Below, in pieces: positions 46,443-55,337 of a DNA stretch of 64,000 nucleotides. The DNA is from Nitrosotalea sp. GTDB lineage: Archaea; Thermoproteota; Nitrososphaeria; Nitrososphaerales; Nitrosopumilaceae. Positions within the stretch are counted from its first letter, which is position 1. Every line of letters starts with the position of its first letter. The stretch is from assembly GCA_029850515.1 (NCBI GenBank), contig JARCRW010000017.1, forward strand, positions 8,591 through 72,590, written 5' to 3'. The notes below the pieces were generated by a model. That model ran no database searches. It saw only the letters and a list, made by a program, of their open reading frames with translations, and was not told where the DNA came from. The translations under genes were made by a program, and so were the position numbers.

Positions 46443-47204
46443 TTGGGTGGTTTGTATAGCCTATACTCTAGAAGATTAGAAAATGATATTCAGAGTGGAG
46501 AAATGCCAAAACATGTTGCCATAATACTTGATGGGAATAGGAGGTGGGCAAAACGTAATCTGATCATGAAGATAGACGGTCATTTCAGAGGTGCTGACGC
46601 AGTAGAAAAATTACTGGACTGGTGTGAGGAACTAAATATCAAAATAATCACCTTGTATGTGTTATCAGCAGAAAATCTTGACAGAAAAGACGATGAATTA
46701 GACTATCTTTATGATTTGATAAATAAGAGATTACACAAGTTATACAATGATCCAAGAATACACAAGAACCGCATGAAGGTAAAGGCCATTGGCAGTATGG
46801 AATTGTTACCAGACTTTCTAAGAGATATTCTCAACAAACTTGAGGAAACTACAAAAGATTACGACGATCATTATCTAAATATTGCAATAGCTTATGGAGG
46901 ACAAAATGAACTTGTTGATGCAATCAAAAAAATTGGCTCTAGAATCAAGGATGGTTCTCTTGACATCAATCAAATAGACAAAGAAGTAATCGAGTCTAGC
47001 CTTTATACCTCTCACCTGCCGCAATCGTCTCCAGACATGATATTGAGAACATCGGGTGAAAAACGGTTGAGTGGTTTTCTGCTTTGGCAGAGTGCATACA
47101 GTGAGCTTGTCTTTATGGATGTATATTGGCCAGAATTTAGAAAAATAGATCTCATGCGTGCAATTAGGACTTTTCAGAAAAGAGGTCGTAGGCTTGGAAA
47201 ATAG
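46443..47204 (+). CDS. uppS: cis-Prenyltransferase (undecaprenyl diphosphate synthase family)
   Basis: HVAIILDGNRRWA, LSAEN, IAYGGQNE, RTSGEKRLSGFLLWQ. Confidence 0.95.
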   Translation: MGGLYSLYSRRLENDIQSGEMPKHVAIILDGNRRWAKRNLIMKIDGHFRGADAVEKLLDWCEELNIKIITLYVLSAENLDRKDDELDYLYDLINKRLHKLYNDPRIHKNRMKVKAIGSMELLPDFLRDILNKLEETTKDYDDHYLNIAIAYGGQNELVDAIKKIGSRIKDGSLDINQIDKEVIESSLYTSHLPQSSPDMILRTSGEKRLSGFLLWQSAYSELVFMDVYWPEFRKIDLMRAIRTFQKRGRRLGK

Positions 47205-47235
47205 AAATACTAGATGTAAGAAACTCCTTGTGTAA

Positions 47236-47640
47236 ATGTTGGAAGAGAGATCTGCAGGTGCCATTATTTATCGCCAATCACCCGAAGGCAAGATGTATTT
47301 GTTGTTAAACTACCCCTCAGGTCATTGGGATTTTGTCAAGGGAAATATTGAGAAAGGTGAAACTTTCAAGCAAACTGTTCTAAGAGAGATAAGAGAGGAA
47401 ACTGGAATAGAAGACATTACATTTGTAGACGGATTTGAAGACAAGGTAGAATACCATTATCAACGAGACGGCCAAGTCATACACAAGGAAGTTATTTTCT
47501 TTTTGGCAAATACGAAAACAAATAAAGTGGTTTTATCATATGAGCACTGCGATTATACATGGTTAAACTTCAATGACGCCCTTGAGAAATTGACCTACAA
47601 GACGGCTCAGAATCTATTCAAAAAAATTAAAGATCTATGA
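47236..47640 (+). CDS. Nudix hydrolase, Ap4A asymmetrical hydrolase-like
   Basis: SAGAII, WDFVKGNIEKGE-x6-REIREETG, LSYEH. Confidence 0.9.
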   Translation: MLEERSAGAIIYRQSPEGKMYLLLNYPSGHWDFVKGNIEKGETFKQTVLREIREETGIEDITFVDGFEDKVEYHYQRDGQVIHKEVIFFLANTKTNKVVLSYEHCDYTWLNFNDALEKLTYKTAQNLFKKIKDL

Positions 47641-47641
47641 A

Positions 47642-48382
47642 CTAGGTTAGATCTTGGAGTTTTTGCACTTCAAGTTGGGGGTTTTTCGAATTCAGTATTG
47701 TTCTTCCAACAATTAGATAATTTGCACCTGCATCTAATGCATCATTTGGGTCGCCACCCTGAGTTCCAATACCAGGTGAGTAGATCTCGAATTTTCCCCT
47801 TGCTTTCTTGGCTGATAGTTCTATGAGTTTTGGTACTGTAGCTCCAACAACTATCCCATCAACGTGTGATGAATAAGACCATTTCAAGAAAAGATCATGA
47901 ATACTTGACATTTTTCCACTAGATGGATCTTGTACTCTCAAACCATAACCAAGCTTTGCTCCAGGATGACTCATGTGTACCAGAGTTATTACACCGTGAC
48001 TATTACTGTGAGCATTTTTTACAAGTTGCAATAAATTTTCTGGACCCATTATAGGATTAGCTATTACAGCGTCAAATTCACTATGCCAGAGTCTTTGTAA
48101 AGTTACCATGTTAGTATTTCCAATGTCATTTAGTTTGATGTCAGCAATCGTTTGTAGTCCAAAATCATGTGCAACCTTGTTTATTCTCTTGATGCTTTTT
48201 TCGCCTAGAGGCAACAAGAGATGAAAATTAAATTTTATAGCACACAAGTGCTTGCCAAGTGTTTTAATGTTTTTCAGAGTATGTTTTTCAAGTAATTCCA
48301 AATTTATGCCATCAAGATCATTTGCCAGTATTACAGAGCTTCTAGAAGAAGAATCTCGTATTCTTTTTCGAAAACTACTCAT
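47642..48382 (-). CDS. pyrF: Orotidine-5'-phosphate decarboxylase
   Basis: LAND, DIKLNDIGNT, SPGIGTQGG, IVGRTI. Confidence 0.92.
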   Translation of the reverse strand: MSSFRKRIRDSSSRSSVILANDLDGINLELLEKHTLKNIKTLGKHLCAIKFNFHLLLPLGEKSIKRINKVAHDFGLQTIADIKLNDIGNTNMVTLQRLWHSEFDAVIANPIMGPENLLQLVKNAHSNSHGVITLVHMSHPGAKLGYGLRVQDPSSGKMSSIHDLFLKWSYSSHVDGIVVGATVPKLIELSAKKARGKFEIYSPGIGTQGGDPNDALDAGANYLIVGRTILNSKNPQLEVQKLQDLT

Positions 48383-49047
48383 AGCTTGACTAGAGGATGC
48401 TTACCTTTGAGTTTTATCACTTTTAGGTATGAGTATCCATGGTCATTCACGGTGCTGACAAAAGATGGTTCTGCACCATCCTTGCTAGAATATTTTAGAA
48501 ACGGTTTGGTGGGTTCTGAGTCAAGTTTAACATGACAGAAATACGAAGTCTCATCAGACTCATTAAAATTCATGAATACTCCCATATTCCATTTATTACC
48601 ATCTGGAAAAACAAATAGTGGAAACGGAGATTCTTCAAATCCATAGCTTAGCTTGATCAAACTTGTAAGATCTTCAAGCTCAATTGATTGGTATACAACT
48701 TCTGGAGGTGATGTAGTTTCAGGTTTGAGAGTTTCAGGAAGTGATTTTACTCGTACAATTGGGGAGTAGAGATACATCGGATTTGAGACAGTGTTGACAA
48801 CATCAAAGTCTTCTTTCCCCGCCTTGAAACCATATGAAAGATAGTGCCCATTTTTCTCTGTGTGGACATAATAATTGACAGATCTTTCCTTGAGTAGATC
48901 CATTTGAACTGAGATTATGCTTTTTCCGTCAAGCTCAAAAGAAAAGGCAGTACGTGGAACCCTTTCCAAGGCACATACCATTCTTGAAAATTCAGTCATG
49001 TCTGACACTTCAATATAAAAAGGAAGTTTTGTCATGAGATTTGTCAA
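48379..49047 (-). CDS. Conserved hypothetical protein
   Basis: 222-aa ORF between purA and pyrF, same strand, overlapping the pyrF start. Confidence 0.78.
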   Translation of the reverse strand: MTNLMTKLPFYIEVSDMTEFSRMVCALERVPRTAFSFELDGKSIISVQMDLLKERSVNYYVHTEKNGHYLSYGFKAGKEDFDVVNTVSNPMYLYSPIVRVKSLPETLKPETTSPPEVVYQSIELEDLTSLIKLSYGFEESPFPLFVFPDGNKWNMGVFMNFNESDETSYFCHVKLDSEPTKPFLKYSSKDGAEPSFVSTVNDHGYSYLKVIKLKGKHPLVKL

Positions 49048-49090
49048 AAACTATCCACATTAAAAGTAGTCGTTTATGGTTTTCTTTTCT

Positions 49091-50092
49091 CTACTGCCTT
49101 CTGTCAATAATGTCGTTTACATCAGGTCCAGTACCAATTAATGTCACAGGCACCTTGAGTTGTTCTTCAATATTTTTTATAAAATATTTGGCTGGAGAAC
49201 TTAGATCTGAAAATGACTGCATTTGTGCACATTCGGGAAAGACCACGTCAAGCTTGGTAATTCCCAACTGCGTTGCACTATTCAGCATGATTGATCTTCT
49301 TGCAAGATCAAAATCAAATTCAGCTGCACGTCTTTGTCTTCCAGTTACGGTTCCTATTTCTTGCCATCCATTAGCCACTGCTTTTTCTGGACTAATTTCA
49401 TTTTTTAGTGGACCTTCTCCAACTCTAGTAACAAAAGATTTGAAAACGACGAGTACCTCATCAACACTCTTTGGCCCTATTCCAACGTCTGCACAAATTG
49501 CAGATGCCGTGACATCCTTCGATGTAACATATGGATAAGTACCATGCCATAACGAGAGAAATGTACCTTGGGTTCCTTCTACTATCACATTTTCTTTTCT
49601 GTCAAGTGCAAAATTTACTTGATTAGGAATATCATCAAGATATAAAGTAAGAGACTCGATATCTCTTGCAAGTTTTAGTGTACGCATTGCCCTATCAGCA
49701 TTGGCTGGTCCAGTACCAGTTCCGGTACTGCCTATAGATTGCTTTAGTCTACCTCCAGAGTCTGTTGTTCTATGTGACTCTTCAATTATACCGCATTGAA
49801 AATCCACAAACGATCTATCATGAGTACCGAATTCTCCTATTTCTTTTAGAAGTACTTCAGGACTTACTACTACCCCAGGTCCTATGAGTAATCTAGTACT
49901 AGGATTTAGAAAAGCACTTGGCAGCATTCTAACTTTGTATTTTTTATTTTCATATTCAATTGTGTGACCTGCATTTGGTCCTACTCCACCGCGAACGGCT
50001 ACTGTTGGGTTGTCTTTCATTGCAAGGTAAGAAACTATTTTTCCTTTTCCCTCATCACCGTAAAAACCACCAACGATAACTGTAGAAGGCAT
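49091..50092 (-). CDS. purA: Adenylosuccinate synthetase (short archaeal type)
   Basis: GGFYGDEGKGK, GPNAGHT, GSTGTGTGPA, EGTQG, YPYVTS, GTVTGRQRR, GTGP. Confidence 0.96.
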   Translation of the reverse strand: MPSTVIVGGFYGDEGKGKIVSYLAMKDNPTVAVRGGVGPNAGHTIEYENKKYKVRMLPSAFLNPSTRLLIGPGVVVSPEVLLKEIGEFGTHDRSFVDFQCGIIEESHRTTDSGGRLKQSIGSTGTGTGPANADRAMRTLKLARDIESLTLYLDDIPNQVNFALDRKENVIVEGTQGTFLSLWHGTYPYVTSKDVTASAICADVGIGPKSVDEVLVVFKSFVTRVGEGPLKNEISPEKAVANGWQEIGTVTGRQRRAAEFDFDLARRSIMLNSATQLGITKLDVVFPECAQMQSFSDLSSPAKYFIKNIEEQLKVPVTLIGTGPDVNDIIDRRQ

Positions 50093-50173
50093 ATACATGA
50101 TGAGCATAACCGGATATATTTAAGCCAAATCTTAACAATACGGTTTTAGAACAGATCTAATTCCTAGATTCAC

Positions 50174-50635
50174 ATGACCTCTCCAAATTACGCGGGAAAT
50201 ATCATAGTAAATTTGGCAGGCCTTCCGGAGTTTCTAAGAAAGCCAATATTGCGCAAGAGACTAACAGAATTTTTTTCGATGACCCAAGAGGACCAGAAAG
50301 AGATCATAAACAATGCATTACAAGCAGGACCTACTATACAATTTGACAAATTTTCCATCTTGTTTAAGACATGGCTTGAAATTCTTTGTAATTTGTCTGA
50401 AGAGCAGAGAATAATCATGTTTTCAAGTTATATCAACGAGATCATAAGTCATCCAGAAAAGCTAATTGTCTTTAACCTAGATGGAATTTTTGAAATCTAT
50501 ATGTCATTATCAGTAGATCAACGATCTATACTTTCCGCGACCATCAAGAAAATAATTGAAGCCTTTGATGAAAAGGACAAAAGGAAACTTTACATGATAA
50601 TTCCAGAAATGGCAAAAAATGAGATAGATATCTAA
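50174..50635 (+). CDS. Conserved helical hypothetical protein
   Basis: 153-aa ORF divergent from purA. Confidence 0.75.
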   Translation: MTSPNYAGNIIVNLAGLPEFLRKPILRKRLTEFFSMTQEDQKEIINNALQAGPTIQFDKFSILFKTWLEILCNLSEEQRIIMFSSYINEIISHPEKLIVFNLDGIFEIYMSLSVDQRSILSATIKKIIEAFDEKDKRKLYMIIPEMAKNEIDI

Positions 50636-50907
50636 GTTGGCTTTTCTGGTTTTCTCTGACTCTCATCTGCAAAATTGACAACATCACCTTCAGGAGTCAG
50701 GACACCGACAAACACTTTCTCATATTTCTTTACTACCTTCCTATGATCGGGCATCGACATGTCTAATTTCATTTCATTCATGACCATTACTCTATATTGC
50801 TTCCACTCAGCCCAGCATTCATTACAGCATGGATATGCAGAAGCAAATGGATCAAGTTCGATGCCGTCTGGAATTTCCTTTTTACATTTGGTACATGTTC
50901 TAACCAT
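50632..50907 (-). CDS. YggX-like Fe(II)-trafficking / oxidative-damage protection protein, Cys-rich variant
   Basis: CNECWAEWKQYRVMVMNEMKLDMSMPDHRK matches the YggX W-x2-W-x5-M-x2-NE-x2-L pattern. Start set at ATG 50907. Confidence 0.75.
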   Translation of the reverse strand: MVRTCTKCKKEIPDGIELDPFASAYPCCNECWAEWKQYRVMVMNEMKLDMSMPDHRKVVKKYEKVFVGVLTPEGDVVNFADESQRKPEKPT

Positions 50908-51035
50908 AGTAAAACAACAAAAATGTAGCAATTTAATTCTTTAAGAGATTAACACGTACAAACCACATGATATAATCAAATTTGAAAAATTTCACCCAAC
51001 AACATATTGTTAACAGTTTCATTAAAACATGAATT

Positions 51036-52520
51036 TTAGGATAGTTTTGTTTTAGGTAACTCAATAGTAAAGGTAGTAGGATTGTTTTTTACCCGAATTT
51101 GTCCCCCGTGATTTTTTATTATGGTGTTGCAGCTAGCCAAGCCAAGTCCAGTTCCACGTTGTTTTGTTGTAAACAATGGCTCAAATATTTTGCTCAGGTA
51201 TTTTTCAGGTATTCCAGGCCCTGAGTCAGTTATACTAATTACACATGTATCTAGTTTGTCTTCCACAGATATGATGATTTTACCCGAATCGCCTATTGCC
51301 TGGATTGCATTGATGATAATATTTGATAAAACAATTTCCAACTGGACAAGGTCGCCTGTAATGGATACATCCTGTACAGGAGTTACAATTTTGATATCAT
51401 CTGGAACAGAGATATTTTCAAGAGCATTCTGTATTAGCGTATTTGATGAAAATTTTGTAATTTTTAATGGTCTCTCTCTGACAAAATCCAAAACTCCCCC
51501 AATCTGGTGGTCCATTTTATCAATTGCTCGCATTAGGTGTTGTAATCTTTTATCCATATTTTCAGCTCCAAAGTCTTTAAGAGATATCAGAGAAACCTCA
51601 CTTTTGATCACCGTGAGTGTATTTCTCAAATCATGAGATATTCTAGCAGCTAAATTTCCTACGGCAATCATCTTTTCAGTTTTTAGCACAGTTTCATTTG
51701 ATTCCTTCAGTTTGTTTCTCAAAATTAAAATCAAGTTTATTCCTACAGTTAATGAAGCTAAAAGTATTGGCATGATTTTTACATTATAATTAAAATCATC
51801 GATTTTAGATTTAGCTGCCTGTGACAAGATAAAAGAAGAATAATCCGTAGTTTTCTTCCATCCTTTCTCATTAACAGCTATTGTCTTATTGTCTTGTACC
51901 TGATAATCTTCCCAGTTTTTTTCAAACCTGATTAGATCTCCAGTTATTGGTTCAACCCAGAAAGTTGAATTCGTGTTAGACAGTATTTTCACATTTGCAT
52001 ATTGAGGAAAAGTATAACTAATGTCCACATTACGCGTCTCAGATTTGAAAACATAGACATTAAGTCCATTAATTATGTCTGTTCCTTGATAAATAAGTGG
52101 TGCATCTGCAAAAATCAACGGATGTAGGAAATTATAATTTTGCTTTTGTACCCCAGGTTTGAACCAGAATTGTTTTTCAGGCATATCCTTGTAGGTCAAG
52201 CTGTATGCATTAACTTGGTACAATCTCTCAGAATGAAATACCTCCTTTTCTGCATCTTCATTTATTCCACTTATAATGGACGAAATTGTCACATAGTCTC
52301 CATTAATACTAGTTACCTTTTGAATCAAAGATTCCTTCAAATCAAATTGTTGTGATAGATTTCCTCCAACTTTACTTGCAATCTGATCTTTTCCCTCTTG
52401 TTCCAGATAAACCTGAAAATTGTGGTGTATTTTTTGAGATTCTGGAATATAGACGGCAAACCAAATTGCAACCACTACAATTGTTGACACGAACATGAGA
52501 AGAATTCTTTTTGGAATCAT
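51036..52520 (-). CDS. Membrane sensor histidine kinase with DUF3068/PorA-like extracellular domain
   Basis: Two TM helices flank an approx. 230-aa domain (FKPGVQKQNY...INGLNVYVF...WVEPITG); SHDLRN, NIIINAIQA, DSGPG, GTGLGL. Confidence 0.9.
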   Translation of the reverse strand: MIPKRILLMFVSTIVVVAIWFAVYIPESQKIHHNFQVYLEQEGKDQIASKVGGNLSQQFDLKESLIQKVTSINGDYVTISSIISGINEDAEKEVFHSERLYQVNAYSLTYKDMPEKQFWFKPGVQKQNYNFLHPLIFADAPLIYQGTDIINGLNVYVFKSETRNVDISYTFPQYANVKILSNTNSTFWVEPITGDLIRFEKNWEDYQVQDNKTIAVNEKGWKKTTDYSSFILSQAAKSKIDDFNYNVKIMPILLASLTVGINLILILRNKLKESNETVLKTEKMIAVGNLAARISHDLRNTLTVIKSEVSLISLKDFGAENMDKRLQHLMRAIDKMDHQIGGVLDFVRERPLKITKFSSNTLIQNALENISVPDDIKIVTPVQDVSITGDLVQLEIVLSNIIINAIQAIGDSGKIIISVEDKLDTCVISITDSGPGIPEKYLSKIFEPLFTTKQRGTGLGLASCNTIIKNHGGQIRVKNNPTTFTIELPKTKLS

Positions 52521-52695
52521 ACTTGAAAAAATTTTATAAAATGTCTATTAAGGTCCTTCGTCAAATGTCATTCCTAAGAATATTCTACAAGAATCATTCT
52601 GCTTTAAACCGATTAAGCATCATCGGGATTGATAAAAAATCAAGTGTTGGCATCCCTTAAGAAGAAATAATAGGTTTGTAAGTAATACATATGTC

Positions 52696-52902
52696 ATGAA
52701 AATAAAGTGTCCCAAGTGTGACAAGATAGCAGAGTTGGGAGATGATTTTTCCTATGTCAAATGTTCAAACTGTTCACTTGACATATCATATGGCGAATAT
52801 GTGAAACTTATCGCTTACAAGGATGCAAGATATTCAGATGTTTTAGGAGATTATGCCAAAGATACTAGTGGTACTACATCCGGAACTCTTGATGATTGGT
52901 AG
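52696..52902 (+). CDS. 68-aa zinc-ribbon protein
   Basis: CPKC...CSNC, acidic C-terminus. Confidence 0.8.
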   Translation: MKIKCPKCDKIAELGDDFSYVKCSNCSLDISYGEYVKLIAYKDARYSDVLGDYAKDTSGTTSGTLDDW

Positions 52903-52954
52903 AAAAAAAATCCACTGCAAGACTTATGTAATTTCAGAAGGCAGCAATATCTAG

Positions 52955-53599
52955 TTGGAATTTATAACTTTTGCAGAATCTGCTCTCAATCTTTTAGGCT
53001 TTGTAGTTGGACTAATCTTAGGAATCTTTGCATATATTGGATTTAGAAATACTGGCAGCCCAACACTCTTTAGATTGAACATTTCTTTTTTTTCAATCAG
53101 TATAGGATTTGGTGTTGTTGGGTTTGGATACATGTTAGAGTCTTTTGTCTTGGGTTATGTCAAGATAGATACTTGGATTCAAACATTAGGCATAGGAATT
53201 CAAACGGTAGGATACTTTTTCATAGCATTCTCTCATGGAATAAAATCATTTTTTCCAAAGTCTAGGTACTTCAAGTCTATAGTGGCTCCTCTTTTCATCA
53301 TTCCAGCTAATTCAATTGAGCATATTATAAGGTCAATTTCTTTTATCCTATTGGTATATGGGACAATTGAGACCATAATGTCCTATATGGAAAATAGAAA
53401 TAGAAATACTATTTTCGTAGCTGCAGGCCTGGGATTACTTGCACTGGGCGAGTTTTTGGGGTGGTATTCGATTGTATTTCCAAAATCAGTGTTGTATTTT
53501 GTCTCAGTATCTACAAAGATAGTTGGATTAGGAGCACTCTTTGTTCCAATTTCTCAGGTTCCATTAAGAGGAGGACCAAGATTTGGCAATAACATATAG
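52955..53599 (+). CDS. Multi-pass membrane protein (about 6-7 TM)
   Basis: Successive hydrophobic helices; TTG start; overlaps the downstream wHTH gene. Confidence 0.82.
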   Translation: MEFITFAESALNLLGFVVGLILGIFAYIGFRNTGSPTLFRLNISFFSISIGFGVVGFGYMLESFVLGYVKIDTWIQTLGIGIQTVGYFFIAFSHGIKSFFPKSRYFKSIVAPLFIIPANSIEHIIRSISFILLVYGTIETIMSYMENRNRNTIFVAAGLGLLALGEFLGWYSIVFPKSVLYFVSVSTKIVGLGALFVPISQVPLRGGPRFGNNI

Positions 53600-53873
53600 A
53601 ACTCACATGAGCATAATAGGAGACATCCTTTCTACTACGAGGGATGAAATTCCTGACGAGTCAGGAGCTAGTGTAACATACTTAATCCGAAAGGCAAATG
53701 TTTCATATGCCAGACTTTCAAAAATTTTAGAAACTCTTGTTTCACAAGGTCTTTTGGAGCAGACAAGCTCTGAGAGAGCTTGCAAGTACAGAATTAGTGA
53801 GAGAGGAAGAGAATTCCTTCAGGCATATCGAGGATTTAGAGAATTTGCAGACTCGTTTGGTCTGAGAATTTAA
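53583..53873 (+). CDS. Archaeal winged-helix regulator (HTH_45-like)
   Basis: YRTHMSIIGDIL...TYLIRKANVSYARLSKILETLVSQGLL...YRISERGREFL. Confidence 0.85.
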   Translation: MAITYRTHMSIIGDILSTTRDEIPDESGASVTYLIRKANVSYARLSKILETLVSQGLLEQTSSERACKYRISERGREFLQAYRGFREFADSFGLRI

Positions 53874-53977
53874 CCGTCGGCCTCATCATCAGTAATATTA
53901 TCATTATCGTCTTCTACATCATCTTCAGGATCATCATCGAATTCATCTTCAAAATCATTCTCAAAGTCATCTGACAT
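53870..53977 (-). CDS. 35-aa hyperacidic peptide (not in ORF track)
   Basis: Hand translation MSDDFENDFEDEFDDDPEDDVEDDNDNITDDEADG (21 of 35 D/E); minus-strand TTTTATA near 54001-54007 and GTGAT just upstream of the ATG. Confidence 0.65.
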   Translation of the reverse strand: MSDDFENDFEDEFDDDPEDDVEDDNDNITDDEADG

Positions 53978-54040
53978 AACGATCACACAAAATATTTTCC
54001 TATAAAAGACTTACACAGTCCCAATGATATCATCACTAAA

Positions 54041-54151
54041 TTAGTTAGTTGGTCCTACCCAGCCACTACACGAAACACAGATTTGCATGCCGTCTTCATT
54101 TACGTAGGTTTCTCCGCCTGGAGGACACTGACATTGTGGTATCTCATCCAT
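54041..54151 (-). CDS. 36-aa Cys4 microprotein (not in ORF track)
   Basis: Hand translation MDEIPQCQCPPGGETYVNEDGMQICVSCSGWVGPTN; minus-strand GATATAAG about 28 nt upstream. Confidence 0.62.
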   Translation of the reverse strand: MDEIPQCQCPPGGETYVNEDGMQICVSCSGWVGPTN

Positions 54152-54228
54152 AGTATTATGATACGCACATCAATCTTATATCATTTTCATAAAAAGAGAT
54201 AATTTACTATTAAACAGCAAGAAAAATT

Positions 54229-54819
54229 GTGATTTTACCGTGTAATGATACTATGATAAAAAAGGCGTATGAAATCATACAAAAGGGAGGAACCGTAGTG
54301 TTTCCTACCGATACAGTATATGGAATAGGCTGTGATCCACGTAACCAAGATGCCGTTAACAAGATTTACAAAATAAAGGGCAGAGAAAAAACGAAACAAC
54401 TTCCGGTTTTGGCATACTCAAAAAAAGACATTGCAAACATAGCATTTTTTGATGAGATTTCTGAGAAAATAGCAGACAAGTTTTGGCCTGGTCCAATTAC
54501 GTTGATTCTCAGAGTCAAGGACAGGAAAATTGAAGAGACCCTTGATCTTAAAGGCAAGATTGCAGTGAGGGTTCCCAATCATCCTTGTGTACTTGCCCTT
54601 TTGGAAAAATGTCGATTGCTTGTAGGTACTAGCGCAAATTTTTCCGGGAAATCATCATTTAGTGACTCTAAAGAAGTGGCAAGTAAATTCTCAGGCTACG
54701 ACATATTGCTTGACGGAGGACAAATTACCGACTCGTATGAATCCACCATAGTTGAAGTTGTAAATAATGAATTAAAAATAGTAAGAGAAGGCAAAATAAA
54801 AATGGAGTCGCTGGTGTGA
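54229..54819 (+). CDS. tsaC: L-threonylcarbamoyladenylate synthase (TsaC/YrdC domain only)
   Basis: VFPTDTVYGIGC, KGR, FWPGPITL, AVRVP, TSANFSG; no C-terminal SUA5 domain. Confidence 0.93.
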   Translation: MILPCNDTMIKKAYEIIQKGGTVVFPTDTVYGIGCDPRNQDAVNKIYKIKGREKTKQLPVLAYSKKDIANIAFFDEISEKIADKFWPGPITLILRVKDRKIEETLDLKGKIAVRVPNHPCVLALLEKCRLLVGTSANFSGKSSFSDSKEVASKFSGYDILLDGGQITDSYESTIVEVVNNELKIVREGKIKMESLV

Positions 54820-55337
54820 ATTTAGTTGTAACGTGCAGCAGACATCTGGAGGAAGAGGCATGTAATGAAATTTCTGAAATTATTGAAGATCTCGGGGATG
54901 ATTCACCCAGAATAGGAAAATCAAGTTTCTCTGGGATAATTTGGGTTGACACTTGCATCGATCCATTTTCTGTGATAGACAACATCAAAAAAATAATTCT
55001 AGACGAACCATGGAGAATGAGATATTGTCACAGATTCATACCAATCAGACATACTACTTCGTCCAATCTTGAAAACATTGCAGAGGGCGTAAAAAACCAA
55101 ATCAAAGTCATGAAGGACACAGATACTTATAGAATCACAATTGAAAAAAGAGGATCAGACATATCCTCAAAAGAATTGATAAATTCAGTTGCGGATATAA
55201 TTCCAAACAAGGTATCTTTAGAGTCTTATGACTGGAATGTCATGATTCAGATAATGGGCGGTATCGTAGGCATTTCCATACTAAAAGAAGAAGATATTGT
55301 GAGTACGTTAAGGCTCAAACGAGATTCAATGGAATAG
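54816..55337 (+). CDS. Stand-alone THUMP-domain RNA-binding protein
   Basis: TYRITIEKRGS...IPNKVSLESYD-x-NVMIQI; coupled to tsaC by a GTGA overlap. Confidence 0.85.
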   Translation: MNLVVTCSRHLEEEACNEISEIIEDLGDDSPRIGKSSFSGIIWVDTCIDPFSVIDNIKKIILDEPWRMRYCHRFIPIRHTTSSNLENIAEGVKNQIKVMKDTDTYRITIEKRGSDISSKELINSVADIIPNKVSLESYDWNVMIQIMGGIVGISILKEEDIVSTLRLKRDSME

